From: an uncultured Gemmatimonadaceae bacterium
GTDB lineage: Bacteria; Gemmatimonadota; Gemmatimonadetes; Gemmatimonadales; Gemmatimonadaceae
Reading direction: 5' to 3'
DNA: 64,000 nt
Assembly (NCBI GenBank): GCA_963829055.1
Contig: CAWHHI010000019.1
Location: forward strand, 32,001 to 96,000
The notes below the pieces were generated by a model that was given only the letters and a program-made list of their open reading frames with translations, ran no database searches and was not told the origin of the DNA. The translations under genes were made by a program, and so were the position numbers. This document shows positions 21,772 through 31,201 of the stretch, piece after piece. The stretch's first letter is position 1; every line of letters begins with the position of its first letter.

Positions 21772-22464
21772 TTACCCCCGGTACTGGGTGGTGTCGATGC
21801 GAACACCGGGGCCCATCGTGCTGGACACCGCGACGTTGCGCACATAGACGCCCTTCGCCGCACTGGGCTTCGAGCGGACGATCTGGTCCATGAACGCCGA
21901 GTAGTTCGTCTCGAGCGCCTCGAGGGAGAACGAGATCTTGCCGATGGCGGCGTGGACGTTGCCACCCTTGTCGACGCGGAACTCGATCTTGCCCGCCTTG
22001 GTCTCGCGAACGGCGCGGCCGACATCGAACGTGACCGTACCGGCCTTCGGGTTCGGCATGAGACCGCGGGGGCCAAGCACGCGCCCAAGCTGTCCAACCT
22101 GACCCATCTGGTCCGGCGTGGCGATCATGACGTCGAAGTCGAGCCAGCCTTCCTTGATTTTCGCGATGAACTCAGCGCCGACGAAGTCGGCACCAGCCGC
22201 CTCCGCCTCACGCGCCTTGTCGCCGACCGCGATGACGAGTACGCGGACGGACTTTCCGGTTCCCGCGGGCAACACCACCGTTCCACGAACGATCTGATCG
22301 GCGTGGCGCGGATCGACTCCGAGCCGTACGGCGATTTCGACCGTCTCATCGAACTTGGCGAACGCGGCCTGCTTCACCATCTCGAGCGCCTGCCTGGGCT
22401 GATACACGGACGCCTCATCACGTCCTTTCGCCGCGGCGCGATACTTCTTTCCGTGGGCGTGCAT
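21772..22464 (-). CDS. rplA: 50S ribosomal protein L1
   Basis: [28 protein letters not shown]. Confidence 0.99.
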   Translation of the reverse strand: MHAHGKKYRAAAKGRDEASVYQPRQALEMVKQAAFAKFDETVEIAVRLGVDPRHADQIVRGTVVLPAGTGKSVRVLVIAVGDKAREAEAAGADFVGAEFIAKIKEGWLDFDVMIATPDQMGQVGQLGRVLGPRGLMPNPKAGTVTFDVGRAVRETKAGKIEFRVDKGGNVHAAIGKISFSLEALETNYSAFMDQIVRSKPSAAKGVYVRNVAVSSTMGPGVRIDTTQYRG

Positions 22465-22886
22465 CAGTCCTTCACCTCGAGACCCATTGAGCGTGCCGCG
22501 CCGGCCACCATCGCCATCGCGGACTCGATCGAGTCACAGTTGAGATCGGGGAGTTTGATCTCCGCGATCTTGCGGACCTGCGCTTTCGTCACAGATCCGA
22601 CCTTGTTGCGGTTCGGCTGTCCGGACCCTTTCTCGATCCCCGCTTCCTTTTTCAGCAAGATGGCCGCGGGCGGCGTCTTGGTGATGAAGGTGAAGGATTT
22701 GTCCGCGTAGATCGTGACTTCGACCGGGAGGATCGTATCGAGGCCCTGCGTCCGAGAGTTGAACTCTTTGCAGAATGCCATGATGTTGATCCCCTGCGGG
22801 CCGAGGGCAGTACCCACGGGAGGGGCCGGATTCGCCTTTCCAGCTGGAATCTGGAGTTTGACGAATCCAGTGACCTTCTTTGCCAT
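22464..22886 (-). CDS. rplK: 50S ribosomal protein L11
   Basis: [21 protein letters not shown]. Confidence 0.99.
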   Translation of the reverse strand: MAKKVTGFVKLQIPAGKANPAPPVGTALGPQGINIMAFCKEFNSRTQGLDTILPVEVTIYADKSFTFITKTPPAAILLKKEAGIEKGSGQPNRNKVGSVTKAQVRKIAEIKLPDLNCDSIESAMAMVAGAARSMGLEVKD

Positions 22887-23179
22887 GCGAACTCCTCCGT
22901 GCTGCGCACGAGCCAGCAGCTATCGGCCATCAGCCATCAGCTGAATGCCTAACGCTGATCCAGCGGCGATTCGCCGATGGAATTCCGCGACAAACGCGGG
23001 TGCTCAGTGCGACGTGGCTCCCACCGTGTGATTAACGTCGTTGTGGTGTCCGACGGTGCGCTTCTCGCCGCGTAGCGGCCGCCCCGCGCAAAGGCCTGTA
23101 TGAGCATCGAGCAACACTTCCCTGAGCGTCGACGGATCACGCTCGCTCGGCCCACCCCTTCCCGTCTTTCTCGGTACGT

Positions 23180-23722
23180 CTAGTACCCCTTCAGCTGGAG
23201 GTAATCCAGCTCCACGCTCGTCGGCCGACCGAACAGGCTCACCGACACGCGCACCTTGCCCTTGTCCGGTATCACTTCCTCGACCGTTCCATTGAAATCC
23301 GTGAACGGTCCCTCGGTGATGGCGACGGCCTGGCCAATGAGGAACGGAATCTCTTCCTCTGGCTCTTCCTGCTCCGCCTCATCCGCGATACCGAGCAGAC
23401 GCTTGACCTCATCCGCGCGAAGCGGCTGCGGCAACCGATCGTGTCCTACAAACTTGATCACGCCCTGGATACCGTTGATGACGTGCAGTGTTTCCTGCGT
23501 CATCAACATCTCCACGAGCACGTAGCCGGGGTAAATCTTCCGCTCGACCGTAACCTTCTTGCCGTTCTTGATCTCGACGACTTCCTGCGTTGGCACGAGC
23601 GCCTGTCGAATGGCGCGCGCCTCGGCGGGCAGGTTGTCCTGCTCGATCTTCCGCTGGATGAGGGAACGGACCTTGTTCTCGTGACCGGCGGTCGTCTGGA
23701 TGGCGTACCAGCGGTGTTCCAC
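23180..23722 (-). CDS. nusG: Transcription termination/antitermination factor NusG
   Basis: WYAIQT, YPGYVLVEM, KOW motif GPFTDFNG..FGRPTSVEL; GTG start at 23722. Confidence 0.97.
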   Translation of the reverse strand: MEHRWYAIQTTAGHENKVRSLIQRKIEQDNLPAEARAIRQALVPTQEVVEIKNGKKVTVERKIYPGYVLVEMLMTQETLHVINGIQGVIKFVGHDRLPQPLRADEVKRLLGIADEAEQEEPEEEIPFLIGQAVAITEGPFTDFNGTVEEVIPDKGKVRVSVSLFGRPTSVELDYLQLKGY

Positions 23723-23727
23723 GGCGG

Positions 23728-23961
23728 TCAGCCCCCGAAGAGCGACGGAATCCAGCGGACGAGTACCTGCTGAAGGATCAGGTCCATCAGCCAGATCACG
23801 ATGCCGATGAACAGCGACAGCACGATGACGCCAATGGACAGTTGTCGAATCTGACCAACGTCCGGCCACGTCACCTTTTTCATCTCGATGACGACCTCGT
23901 TGTAGAGGGTCACGAGACGCGTGATGACGTTCGGCTTTGCAACCTGAGCGGCGGTGGCCAC
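23728..23961 (-). CDS. secE: Preprotein translocase subunit SecE
   Basis: EMKKVTWP motif plus a single TM helix; upstream of nusG. Confidence 0.93.
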   Translation of the reverse strand: MATAAQVAKPNVITRLVTLYNEVVIEMKKVTWPDVGQIRQLSIGVIVLSLFIGIVIWLMDLILQQVLVRWIPSLFGG

Positions 23962-23963
23962 GG

Positions 23964-24116
23964 CTACTTCGTTTCCTTGTGGAGGATGTGCTTGTTGCAG
24001 CGTGGGCAGTACTTCTTCCACTCGACGCGCTCGGGATGCAGGCGCTTGTTCTTCGTGGTGAAGTAGTTCCGGTTTTTGCAGTCGCTGCAAGCGAGAATGA
24101 TTTTATCTCTGGGCAT
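23964..24116 (-). CDS. rpmG: 50S ribosomal protein L33 (zinc-ribbon form)
   Basis: Manual translation [50 protein letters not shown]; below the ORF-track length cutoff. Confidence 0.97.
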   Translation of the reverse strand: MPRDKIILACSDCKNRNYFTTKNKRLHPERVEWKKYCPRCNKHILHKETK

Positions 24117-24125
24117 TGGAATTCC

Positions 24126-25328
24126 CTATTTCAGAATCTTGGTCACTACACCCGCACCGACCGTTCTCCCACCCTCACGGATCGCGAAGCGTAGCTGTTC
24201 TTCCATCGCGATGGGCGTGATCAGGTCGATCGTCATCTGGACGTTGTCGCCGGGCATGACCATCTCCATCCCTTCGGGGAGCTCGACGGAACCGGTGACA
24301 TTGGTCGTACGGAAATAAAACTGGGGGCGGTAGCCCTTGAAGAACGGCGTGTGGCGGCCGCCCTCTTCCTTCGTGAGGACGTACACCTCGGCTTCGAACG
24401 TCGTGTGCGGCGTGATAGTGCCGGGCTTGGCCAGCACCATACCGCGCTCGATGTCCTCCTTGGCGACGCCACGGAGCAGGAGGCCGACGTTGTCGCCCGC
24501 CTCACCCGCGTCGAGCAGCTTCCGGAACATCTCGACGCCGGTGACGATGGTCCGCTTGTCGCTCGAGAATCCGACGACCGCGACCTCTTCACCGACCTTG
24601 ACGATACCACGGTCGATGCGACCCGTCGCCACCGTCCCTCGACCCGTGATCGAGAAGACATCCTCGACCGGCATGAGGAACGGCTGGTCCTTCTCGCGAA
24701 CGGGCTCGGGAATGTACGTGTCGAGCGCGGCGTACAGTTCCTCGATCTTCGCGACCCACTCTGACTTGCCGGCAATCGCGCCCGTGGCCGAGCCGCGAAC
24801 GACCGGGGTCTCGTCACCCGGAAACCCGTAGACCGACAGCAGCTCGCGAACCTCGAGCTCGACCAGATCGAGGAGCTCGGGGTCATCCACCATGTCGCAC
24901 TTGTTGAGGAACACGACGATGCGCGGCACGTTCACCTGACGGGCGAGCAGGATGTGCTCGCGCGTCTGCGGCATCGGGCCGTCCATGGCCGAGACCACCA
25001 GGATCGCGCCGTCCATCTGCGCGGCACCCGTGATCATGTTCTTCACGTAGTCGGCGTGCCCCGGGCAGTCGACGTGCGCGTAGTGGCGATTCGCCGTCTC
25101 GTACTCGACGTGGCTCGTCGCGATCGTCAGGATCTTCGTCGCGTCGCGACGGCCCTGGGACGCAGACGCCTTGGCCACTTCGTCATACGAGATGTACTTC
25201 GTCCCCCAGCCCTTGTCGGACGAGACTTTCGTCAACGCGGCAGTGGTGGTCGTCTTCCCGTGGTCGACGTGGCCAATGGTGCCAACGTTCACATGCGGCT
25301 TAGTCCGATCGAACTTTGCCTTGGCCAT
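24126..25328 (-). CDS. tuf: Elongation factor Tu (tRNA-operon-linked copy)
   Basis: [27 protein letters not shown]; 400 aa from ATG 25328. Confidence 0.99.
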   Translation of the reverse strand: MAKAKFDRTKPHVNVGTIGHVDHGKTTTTAALTKVSSDKGWGTKYISYDEVAKASASQGRRDATKILTIATSHVEYETANRHYAHVDCPGHADYVKNMITGAAQMDGAILVVSAMDGPMPQTREHILLARQVNVPRIVVFLNKCDMVDDPELLDLVELEVRELLSVYGFPGDETPVVRGSATGAIAGKSEWVAKIEELYAALDTYIPEPVREKDQPFLMPVEDVFSITGRGTVATGRIDRGIVKVGEEVAVVGFSSDKRTIVTGVEMFRKLLDAGEAGDNVGLLLRGVAKEDIERGMVLAKPGTITPHTTFEAEVYVLTKEEGGRHTPFFKGYRPQFYFRTTNVTGSVELPEGMEMVMPGDNVQMTIDLITPIAMEEQLRFAIREGGRTVGAGVVTKILK

Positions 25329-25504
25329 GCCCCTTTCTATACCTGCGGAAAGAATCGAAAACTCGAAAAGTGACGAGCGCGCTTCGACCGACCTCAGCGG
25401 TGCTGCCATGCAGCCGCAACCGGGCCGGTGCTCACGCACCCATCACGCAACTTCTCCACACGTCACTTTCACCTTCACATCCCTTACTTCTACTTCGCCT
25501 GCAG

Positions 25505-25577
25505 AGCTCACGATCGGGATTGAACCGATGACCTCACCCTTACCAAGGGTGTGCTCTACCAACTGAGCTACGTGAGC
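25505..25577 (-). tRNA. tRNA-Thr(GGT)
   Basis: GCTCACG acceptor stem, CACCCTT-GGT-AAGGGTG anticodon arm, GGTTCAATCCC T-loop; CCA not encoded. Confidence 0.95.
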
Positions 25578-25585
25578 AACGCACT

Positions 25586-25695
25586 GGGAATCGGGAATCG
25601 GGAATCGGGAATCGAACTGCCGACTCGATTCAGATACCTTGCGCCGCGAACTGTGAGTCTGGCTTCGATTCCCTATTCCCGATTCCCTATTCCCG
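25586..25695. repeat. Inverted pair of (GGGAATC)n heptamer tandem repeats between tRNA-Gly and tRNA-Thr
   Basis: gggaatcgggaatcgggaatcgggaatcg ... cgattccctattcccgattccctattcccg. Confidence 0.9.
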
Positions 25696-25700
25696 CAGAA

Positions 25701-25773
25701 AGCGGGAGACGGGGCTCGAACCCGCGACATCAAGCTTGGAAGGCTTGCGCTCTACCAACTGAGCTACTCCCGC
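25701..25773 (-). tRNA. tRNA-Gly(TCC)
   Basis: GCGGGAG acceptor stem, CAAGCCT-TCC-AAGCTTG anticodon arm, GGTTCGAGCCC. Confidence 0.95.
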
Positions 25774-25843
25774 GACTCCAACAAGCCACCACCACGAGCA
25801 CCAGCGAAACCAACCTTCCACGCCAACCACCGGCGCCACCACA

Positions 25844-25926
25844 TGGTGGGGGTAGGATTCGAACCTACGAAGGCCGTAGCCGGCAGATTTACAGTCTGCT
25901 CCGTTTAGCCACTTCGGTACCCCACC
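25844..25926 (-). tRNA. tRNA-Tyr(GTA)
   Basis: GGTGGGG acceptor stem, GCAGACT-GTA-AATCTGC anticodon arm, long variable arm, GGTTCGAATCC. Confidence 0.95.
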
Positions 25927-25974
25927 CGAACGCGCACTACTCAGGGCCGCCGACGTCGCGACCTCGCCCTACAG

Positions 25975-26047
25975 AGCTGACGGCCAGAATCGAACTGGCA
26001 ACCTGCTGATTACAAATCAGCTGCTCTGCCAATTGAGCTACGTCAGC
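25975..26047 (-). tRNA. tRNA-Thr(TGT)
   Basis: GCTGACG acceptor stem, GCTGATT-TGT-AATCAGC anticodon arm. Confidence 0.95.
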
Positions 26048-26073
26048 GACCGGCTCATTTGCGCGAGACTCGT

Positions 26074-26102
26074 AGGATAGTGGGCCCTTATTAGAGTGTC
26101 AA
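26074..26102 (-). promoter_or_regulatory. Sigma70 promoter of the tRNA-tuf operon
   Basis: TTGACA, 17-nt spacer, TATCCT; about 27 nt upstream of tRNA-Thr. Confidence 0.75.
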
Positions 26103-26164
26103 GCAATTACAGGGCGCGGAATTAGAGGCAAGCTGGTGGCATGCCACCGGCGCCGGCCCGCCCG

Positions 26165-27661
26165 CTATGAAAACCGCTCCATCACCACCCCGCCCGGAGC
26201 GTCCTTCACCACGAATCCCCGCTCCTCCAGCTCCCCACGAATCCGGTCGGCCTCGGCGAACTGTCGCTCGCGCCGCGCAGCCTGTCTCGCCCGAAGCTGA
26301 GCCTCGCCGGATTCCAGGAGTGCGCGCTCGTCCGGCGACAATGCCGCGAGGTCGAGCGCACCGCCGTTGCGGTTGCCAACGGAAGTCCACTTCGCTTCGT
26401 CTCCCTGCAACGTGAGCCTCGCGATATGCGGACGGAGATCGAGAACGCCGTCGATCACGTCGAACGCTTCGCGCGCGCGCGCCAGCGCAGCGGCGTCCGT
26501 TCCGCGTTTGTCGAGCTCCGCGTTGCCACGAGTGATGAACGTGAATAGCGCACCGAGCGCCTCAGGCGCATTCAGATCATCGAACAGCGCCGCTCGCACT
26601 GCGGCCTCGGCCTCGTCGGCCGCCGTAGCCAACTCGGGCGTCCCGCCCGTCGCGTCATCGAGCCGCGACGCGAATTCGCCGATGCGGCGAACCGCTTCCA
26701 TCGACGCCTCGAGCGCCACACCGGAGAGGTTCAGCTGCTTTCTATAGTGTGTCGAGTACACGAAGTGCCGAACGGCCGCAGCCGACACGCCCTGCTCGCG
26801 AAGGTCCTTCACGTTCGACACGTTGCCCACGCGCTTCGCCATCTTCGCGCCGTCGGTGAGCAGGAACTCGCCGTGGCACCACACGCGCGAGAACGGCTTG
26901 CCCGTCGCCGCTTCCGACTGCGCGATCTCGTCCTCGTGATGCGGGAAGACGAGGTCCACACCGCCGCAATGCAGGTCGAGCGTCTCGCCGAGGTACTTCA
27001 TGGCCATGGCCGAGCACTCGAGGTGCCACCCCGGGCGCCCGCGGCCCCACGGTGAGTCCCAGGCGGCACCCGCTGCCTCATCCTCGGGCTTGGCCGCTTT
27101 CCATAACGCGAAGTCCTGCGCGTTCTCCTTCGAGTAATCGTCCTGCGCGACGCGCGCGCCCGATTTGATCTCGCGCGTGTCCAGTCGAGAAAGCCGACCA
27201 TACTCCGGAAAGCGATCGATCGCGAAGTACACAGAGCCATCCTCGGCCAGATACGCGACACCGCGTTTCATCAGCCGCTCCACGAGCTCGATCATCTCCG
27301 GAATCGTCTCGGTCGCCTTCGGATACACCTCGGCGTCCTCGATGCGGAGGTACGCGCGATCGGCGTGGAAGATCTCGACGATCGGCTCCGTCACCTGCGT
27401 GATCGTGCGTCCAGTCTGACTCGCCCGCGTTATGATCTTGTCATCGACGTCCGTGAGATTCATTACCTGCTTCACGCCCCAGCCGCGAAGGCGGAGCGTG
27501 CGACGCAGCAGGTCCTCGAACAGGAACGTGCGAAAGTTCCCGAGGTGCGCGGGATTGTAGACGGTCGGACCGCACGTGTACATCGAGACCGTGTGGCCGT
27601 CCGCGGGCGCGAACGGTTCGGTCGTTCGCGTGAGAGTGTTGTAGAGCCTGAACTCGGACAT
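26165..27661 (-). CDS. cysS: Cysteine--tRNA ligase
   Basis: LYNTLT, YTCGPTVY, HLGN, GRPGWHLECSAM, KMAKR; start MSEFRL at 27661. Confidence 0.97.
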   Translation of the reverse strand: MSEFRLYNTLTRTTEPFAPADGHTVSMYTCGPTVYNPAHLGNFRTFLFEDLLRRTLRLRGWGVKQVMNLTDVDDKIITRASQTGRTITQVTEPIVEIFHADRAYLRIEDAEVYPKATETIPEMIELVERLMKRGVAYLAEDGSVYFAIDRFPEYGRLSRLDTREIKSGARVAQDDYSKENAQDFALWKAAKPEDEAAGAAWDSPWGRGRPGWHLECSAMAMKYLGETLDLHCGGVDLVFPHHEDEIAQSEAATGKPFSRVWCHGEFLLTDGAKMAKRVGNVSNVKDLREQGVSAAAVRHFVYSTHYRKQLNLSGVALEASMEAVRRIGEFASRLDDATGGTPELATAADEAEAAVRAALFDDLNAPEALGALFTFITRGNAELDKRGTDAAALARAREAFDVIDGVLDLRPHIARLTLQGDEAKWTSVGNRNGGALDLAALSPDERALLESGEAQLRARQAARRERQFAEADRIRGELEERGFVVKDAPGGVVMERFS

Positions 27662-27732
27662 GTCGTTCGGATGGGCGCGACGCTCGGGAGCACCCATCCG
27701 ACACGATCGGGCGGCGGGCGCGGTCGCGTAAT

Positions 27733-28569
27733 CTAGCGTGCACTGTTTTCCTGCGCCGACAATGGCGGTGAGAGCTCTGCTACACGGGCGCGCGGCGCGT
27801 GCAGCGATGTCTCGTGAGGCGCACCATTTGGCAAGGGCGCCGCGGCACGTCGCGCCGCGAGTGCCGGGCGCTCCGAGATCGACTCGAGACGTCCGCCGGC
27901 GAGCGAGAGGAATCGCGTTTCCGGTTGCGACGGGAAAGCATCGAGCGCTGCGAGACGCGCTGCGAGCCGACCAGCGATCACGACCGCCGCCCCTTCCCTC
28001 GCGAGGCCGCGCAGCACCGCGAGCAGTTCCGCCGCGGTATCCGCGTCGTAGCCCGGAGCGAGGTCGTCGACGAGCACGAGCCGCGGCCGCGCCAGTAGCG
28101 ATGAAGCGACCGCAAGGCGCGCGAGTGCGCTGCCATCGATCTCGTCGACCCGACGGTCCGCGATAGCGCCAAGGCCTGTGCGTTCGAGCGCGCACGCGAC
28201 GCGGTCGGCCCCATCGCGCACCGGAAGATCGCGGACGATAGCCGCGTACTCGAGTGCTTCACGGATATTGAGGAAGCCGTAGGGGAATGGGCGATCACCG
28301 GCGTACGCGATGCCGTCGGGTCGCGAGGAGAAGTCGCGTCGCGCGGGTCCGCCGAACCACGAAATCGATCCCCGGTCAGGCCGAAGCAATCCGCCAGCGC
28401 ACATGAGCAGCGTGGTCTTGCCGCTCGCACCGGCAGCGACGATGCCGACGATCTCGCCGGAGGACACATCGAGTTGTATGTCGCGCAGCACGGAGACGGT
28501 GGCGGAGCACCCGCGCACGCCAGCCTCGTACGACTTCCACACGCCGCGCATCGAAAGGCAGTCGCTCAT
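27733..28569 (-). CDS. Degenerate ABC-transporter ATP-binding-like protein
   Basis: ABC fold (GASGKTT, GLLRPDRG) but no LSGGQ signature, Walker B reads LVDD, no H-loop. Confidence 0.65.
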   Translation of the reverse strand: MSDCLSMRGVWKSYEAGVRGCSATVSVLRDIQLDVSSGEIVGIVAAGASGKTTLLMCAGGLLRPDRGSISWFGGPARRDFSSRPDGIAYAGDRPFPYGFLNIREALEYAAIVRDLPVRDGADRVACALERTGLGAIADRRVDEIDGSALARLAVASSLLARPRLVLVDDLAPGYDADTAAELLAVLRGLAREGAAVVIAGRLAARLAALDAFPSQPETRFLSLAGGRLESISERPALAARRAAAPLPNGAPHETSLHAPRARVAELSPPLSAQENSAR

Positions 28570-28634
28570 GGTACGCGACGATACTGCAGTGCGTCGCGTC
28601 GTGCGTCATCGCGCGAACGCGTGCGTAAGCCGGT

Positions 28635-29826
28635 TTACGCGGCGACGCGTGGTATCTCGGCGATGACGTCGAGGTCCGGCGCGTTCGTCACGAGGACTCC
28701 GCCCTCCGGCGCGGGCACACGCAGCACGAGCGCGCGGTCGCGTGACGCTCGTCGGAAGCCGTGTCCTTCGTAGATGCGGTTGATCAGGATTCGCCGCAGC
28801 ACGACCATCACGACCGCGAGCGTCGGCACGGCGACGAGCAGTCCTATGGGGCCGAGCAGACTGCCGACGACGAGCACCGACATGATCGTCAGCACTGGCG
28901 GGAGCTCGACCTTCTTCGCCGTGATGAGCGGGATGACGAGATTACTCTCGATCAGGTGAATGACGATGCCGAGCAGCAGGACGAGCACCGCGTGCCCGGG
29001 TCCGCCGAAGCCGGCAAAGCCATCGCCGCCTAACACGATGAGCGCCGGGATCAGCGTCGAAATGAGCGTCCCGAAGAACGGAATGATCGCGACCGCGCCG
29101 GTGAACACCCCGAACGTGAGGTAGTACGGCACGCCGAGCAGCGACAGGCCTAACGCGGTGAGCACGGCGAGCACGACCATCGCCAGCAGCTGGCCGACGA
29201 TCCAGGCGCGGAGCGTCGTCCGCAGATCCCCGAGCACATCGCGAACGAGATCGCGGTGAATGGGCGGGAACAGCGCAATCACCCACTCGCGGTACAATCC
29301 CGGATACGCCGCCAGATAGATGGACATCACGGCGACGGAGAAGACGTTGATGCCGGCGTGCACGACCCCAACGACCTTCGGCACCACGCTGCCGAGCGGC
29401 CCGGTGACCGCCTCGTAGACGGCGTTCATCAAGGGGTGCTCGCCTGGCCGCCACATGTCGCTCAGCGCCGGGTACCGCGCCACGATGCGTCCGATCGCCA
29501 GCTCCCAGCCCTCCACCGCCTGCGGCAGCACCCTAACGAGTTGCTGCGTCTGTTCCACCACCGGCGGAACGAGCAGCCGGAAGAGCGTGACGATAGCCGC
29601 CAGCGTGAGGATGATCGGCTCCGGCGAGGGCAAAACGCGGGGACAGCCGCAGACGGTGTTGGAACACCTCCGCGACTGCCCCCAGATACAGCGAGATCAG
29701 TACCGCGACGAACAACAGCAGGAAAATGCTCGCCGTCTTCCCGAAGAGAAACAGCAGGAGGACAGTGAGAACGGTCGCCGTGAGAATCGGGGCAAACCGG
29801 AACCGCCGCGGTACGGTGACGGTCAA
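28635..29826 (-). CDS. AI-2E (PerM) family membrane protein, apparent +1 frameshift near 29618
   Basis: WIVGQLL, IPFFG, IESNLVIPLI, GPIGLLVAVP; N-terminal TM segments in ORF 29533-29826. Confidence 0.85.
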
Positions 29827-30632
29827 GGCGTCTTCCGTCCGTCCGACGAGTCGTCGTCCTCGATCTCGGCGTGCACTTCCTCTTCATTGGCGTTGTTCGC
29901 CCGCGTGCCGCCGGCACCGATCTGCTTGTTCGGCGCCGACTGACCGGCGCCGAGCATGCCCATCTTCTGCTTGAGGGCCAGGAGCTGCATGTCGGCGCTC
30001 ATGGACCCGGCGCTCTTCTCGAGCTGCTTGAAATCCTTGGCGAGGCGATCGCCCTGGAACTCTTCATCGATCTCGGCGGACGCCTTGATCTGGCGCTCGT
30101 TCTGGTCGATGCGCTCCTCCATCCGGGCAAACGCTTCGAATGCCGATTTCTCGGAGAGCGACGACATTGTTTCGGCGATGCGCTTCTGGGCCTGCGCGCG
30201 GCGCTGGCGCGCGAGCAGCAGGTTCTTCTTGCGCTTCGCTTCTTCGATCTTGTCGTTGAGGTCACGGAGCGAGGCCTTGAGCTTTTCGGTCTCGGCCTGG
30301 TGGGACTGCCAGGTGAGCTCGAGCTGCTCGGCGTGCTGGGCGTGCTCGCCCTGCCTAACGAGGGCCTGTTTGGCGAGGTCGTCGCGGCCTTCCTGCACCG
30401 CGAGCATCGCGCGCTTCTCCCAGTCCTCGGACTGGCGGCGCTCGGAGTCGGCCTGGTCGCGGAGGCGTTTCTCGTCGGCGATCGCCGCGGCCACCTGCTG
30501 CTTGGCCTTGGCGAGCTGCGAGCGCATGTCGACGAGAATCTGATTCAGCATCTTCTCCGGATTCTCGGCGGAGGAGATGATGTCGTTGATGTTCGAGCGC
30601 AGCAGCGTCGAAAGGCGGTCGAAGATACCCAT
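29823..30632 (-). CDS. pspA: PspA/IM30 family protein
   Basis: MGIFDRLSTLLRSNIND..AENPEKML, coiled coil, GRDDLAKQAL, AFARMEERI. Confidence 0.92.
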   Translation of the reverse strand: MGIFDRLSTLLRSNINDIISSAENPEKMLNQILVDMRSQLAKAKQQVAAAIADEKRLRDQADSERRQSEDWEKRAMLAVQEGRDDLAKQALVRQGEHAQHAEQLELTWQSHQAETEKLKASLRDLNDKIEEAKRKKNLLLARQRRAQAQKRIAETMSSLSEKSAFEAFARMEERIDQNERQIKASAEIDEEFQGDRLAKDFKQLEKSAGSMSADMQLLALKQKMGMLGAGQSAPNKQIGAGGTRANNANEEEVHAEIEDDDSSDGRKTP

Positions 30633-30634
30633 GC

Positions 30635-31039
30635 TCAGCGTCCCTCGCGGTACGATGCGAACTCGCGCAGATGCGACGCGAGTGCGAGTGTCATGCTCTC
30701 GTAGGCGGCCAGGAACTCCTCGTAGTCGAGGTGTTCGAGCTCGAGCGCCTCAGTCAGGACGATCGAGTTCTGGGAGATGCCGTAGGCGCCGTGCACGAGA
30801 TCGTTGGCGTTCAGTTCGAGAAGGCGGCGGTTCAGATCGGCGCACCTACCGTCGTCATCCGGGACGTTCATGACCTTCACCCGGAGCAGGACGACCGGCG
30901 GGGAGTAGTGGACTACGACGTCCAGCTCGAGCGGGCCACCGGGGCGGACGACCCAGAGTCCCTGCTCGACTTCCTCGTAGTTCGCGCCCTCCGCGGTGAG
31001 GCGATCGAGAAAACTTTCGATATCGTCACGAGTGAGCAT
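30635..31039 (-). CDS. YbjN/CesT-like chaperone-fold protein
   Basis: 134 aa acidic protein, LNRRLLELNA..HGAYGI; directly upstream of pspA. Confidence 0.65.
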   Translation of the reverse strand: MLTRDDIESFLDRLTAEGANYEEVEQGLWVVRPGGPLELDVVVHYSPPVVLLRVKVMNVPDDDGRCADLNRRLLELNANDLVHGAYGISQNSIVLTEALELEHLDYEEFLAAYESMTLALASHLREFASYREGR

Positions 31040-31201
31040 AGCGTTCCTGTGGATGGCCAGATGTCGATTCCCTACGGCGGCTCGGCTCGGCTGTTTCGGC
31101 GCTGGCGGAGATCCACGCGATCCGCCGGACCTCGACGCGAGGCAGAAACGAACGCCCAACGTGGCGCGTGGCAGGAAGATAGCTCGCGCGTTGTTCGACG
31201 C

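Noticed and set aside
25586..25695. Heptamer repeats as a CRISPR array
   Set aside because: 7-nt tandem units without unique spacers, and no cas genes in the window.
25400..26160. Prophage or island integrated at the tRNA cluster
   Set aside because: No integrase, no duplicated tRNA 3' end, and the flanks are housekeeping genes.
27662..28195. N-terminal extension of CysS (676-aa ORF)
   Set aside because: Low-complexity Arg/Ala-rich read-through overlapping the upstream gene; homology starts at MSEFRLYNTL.
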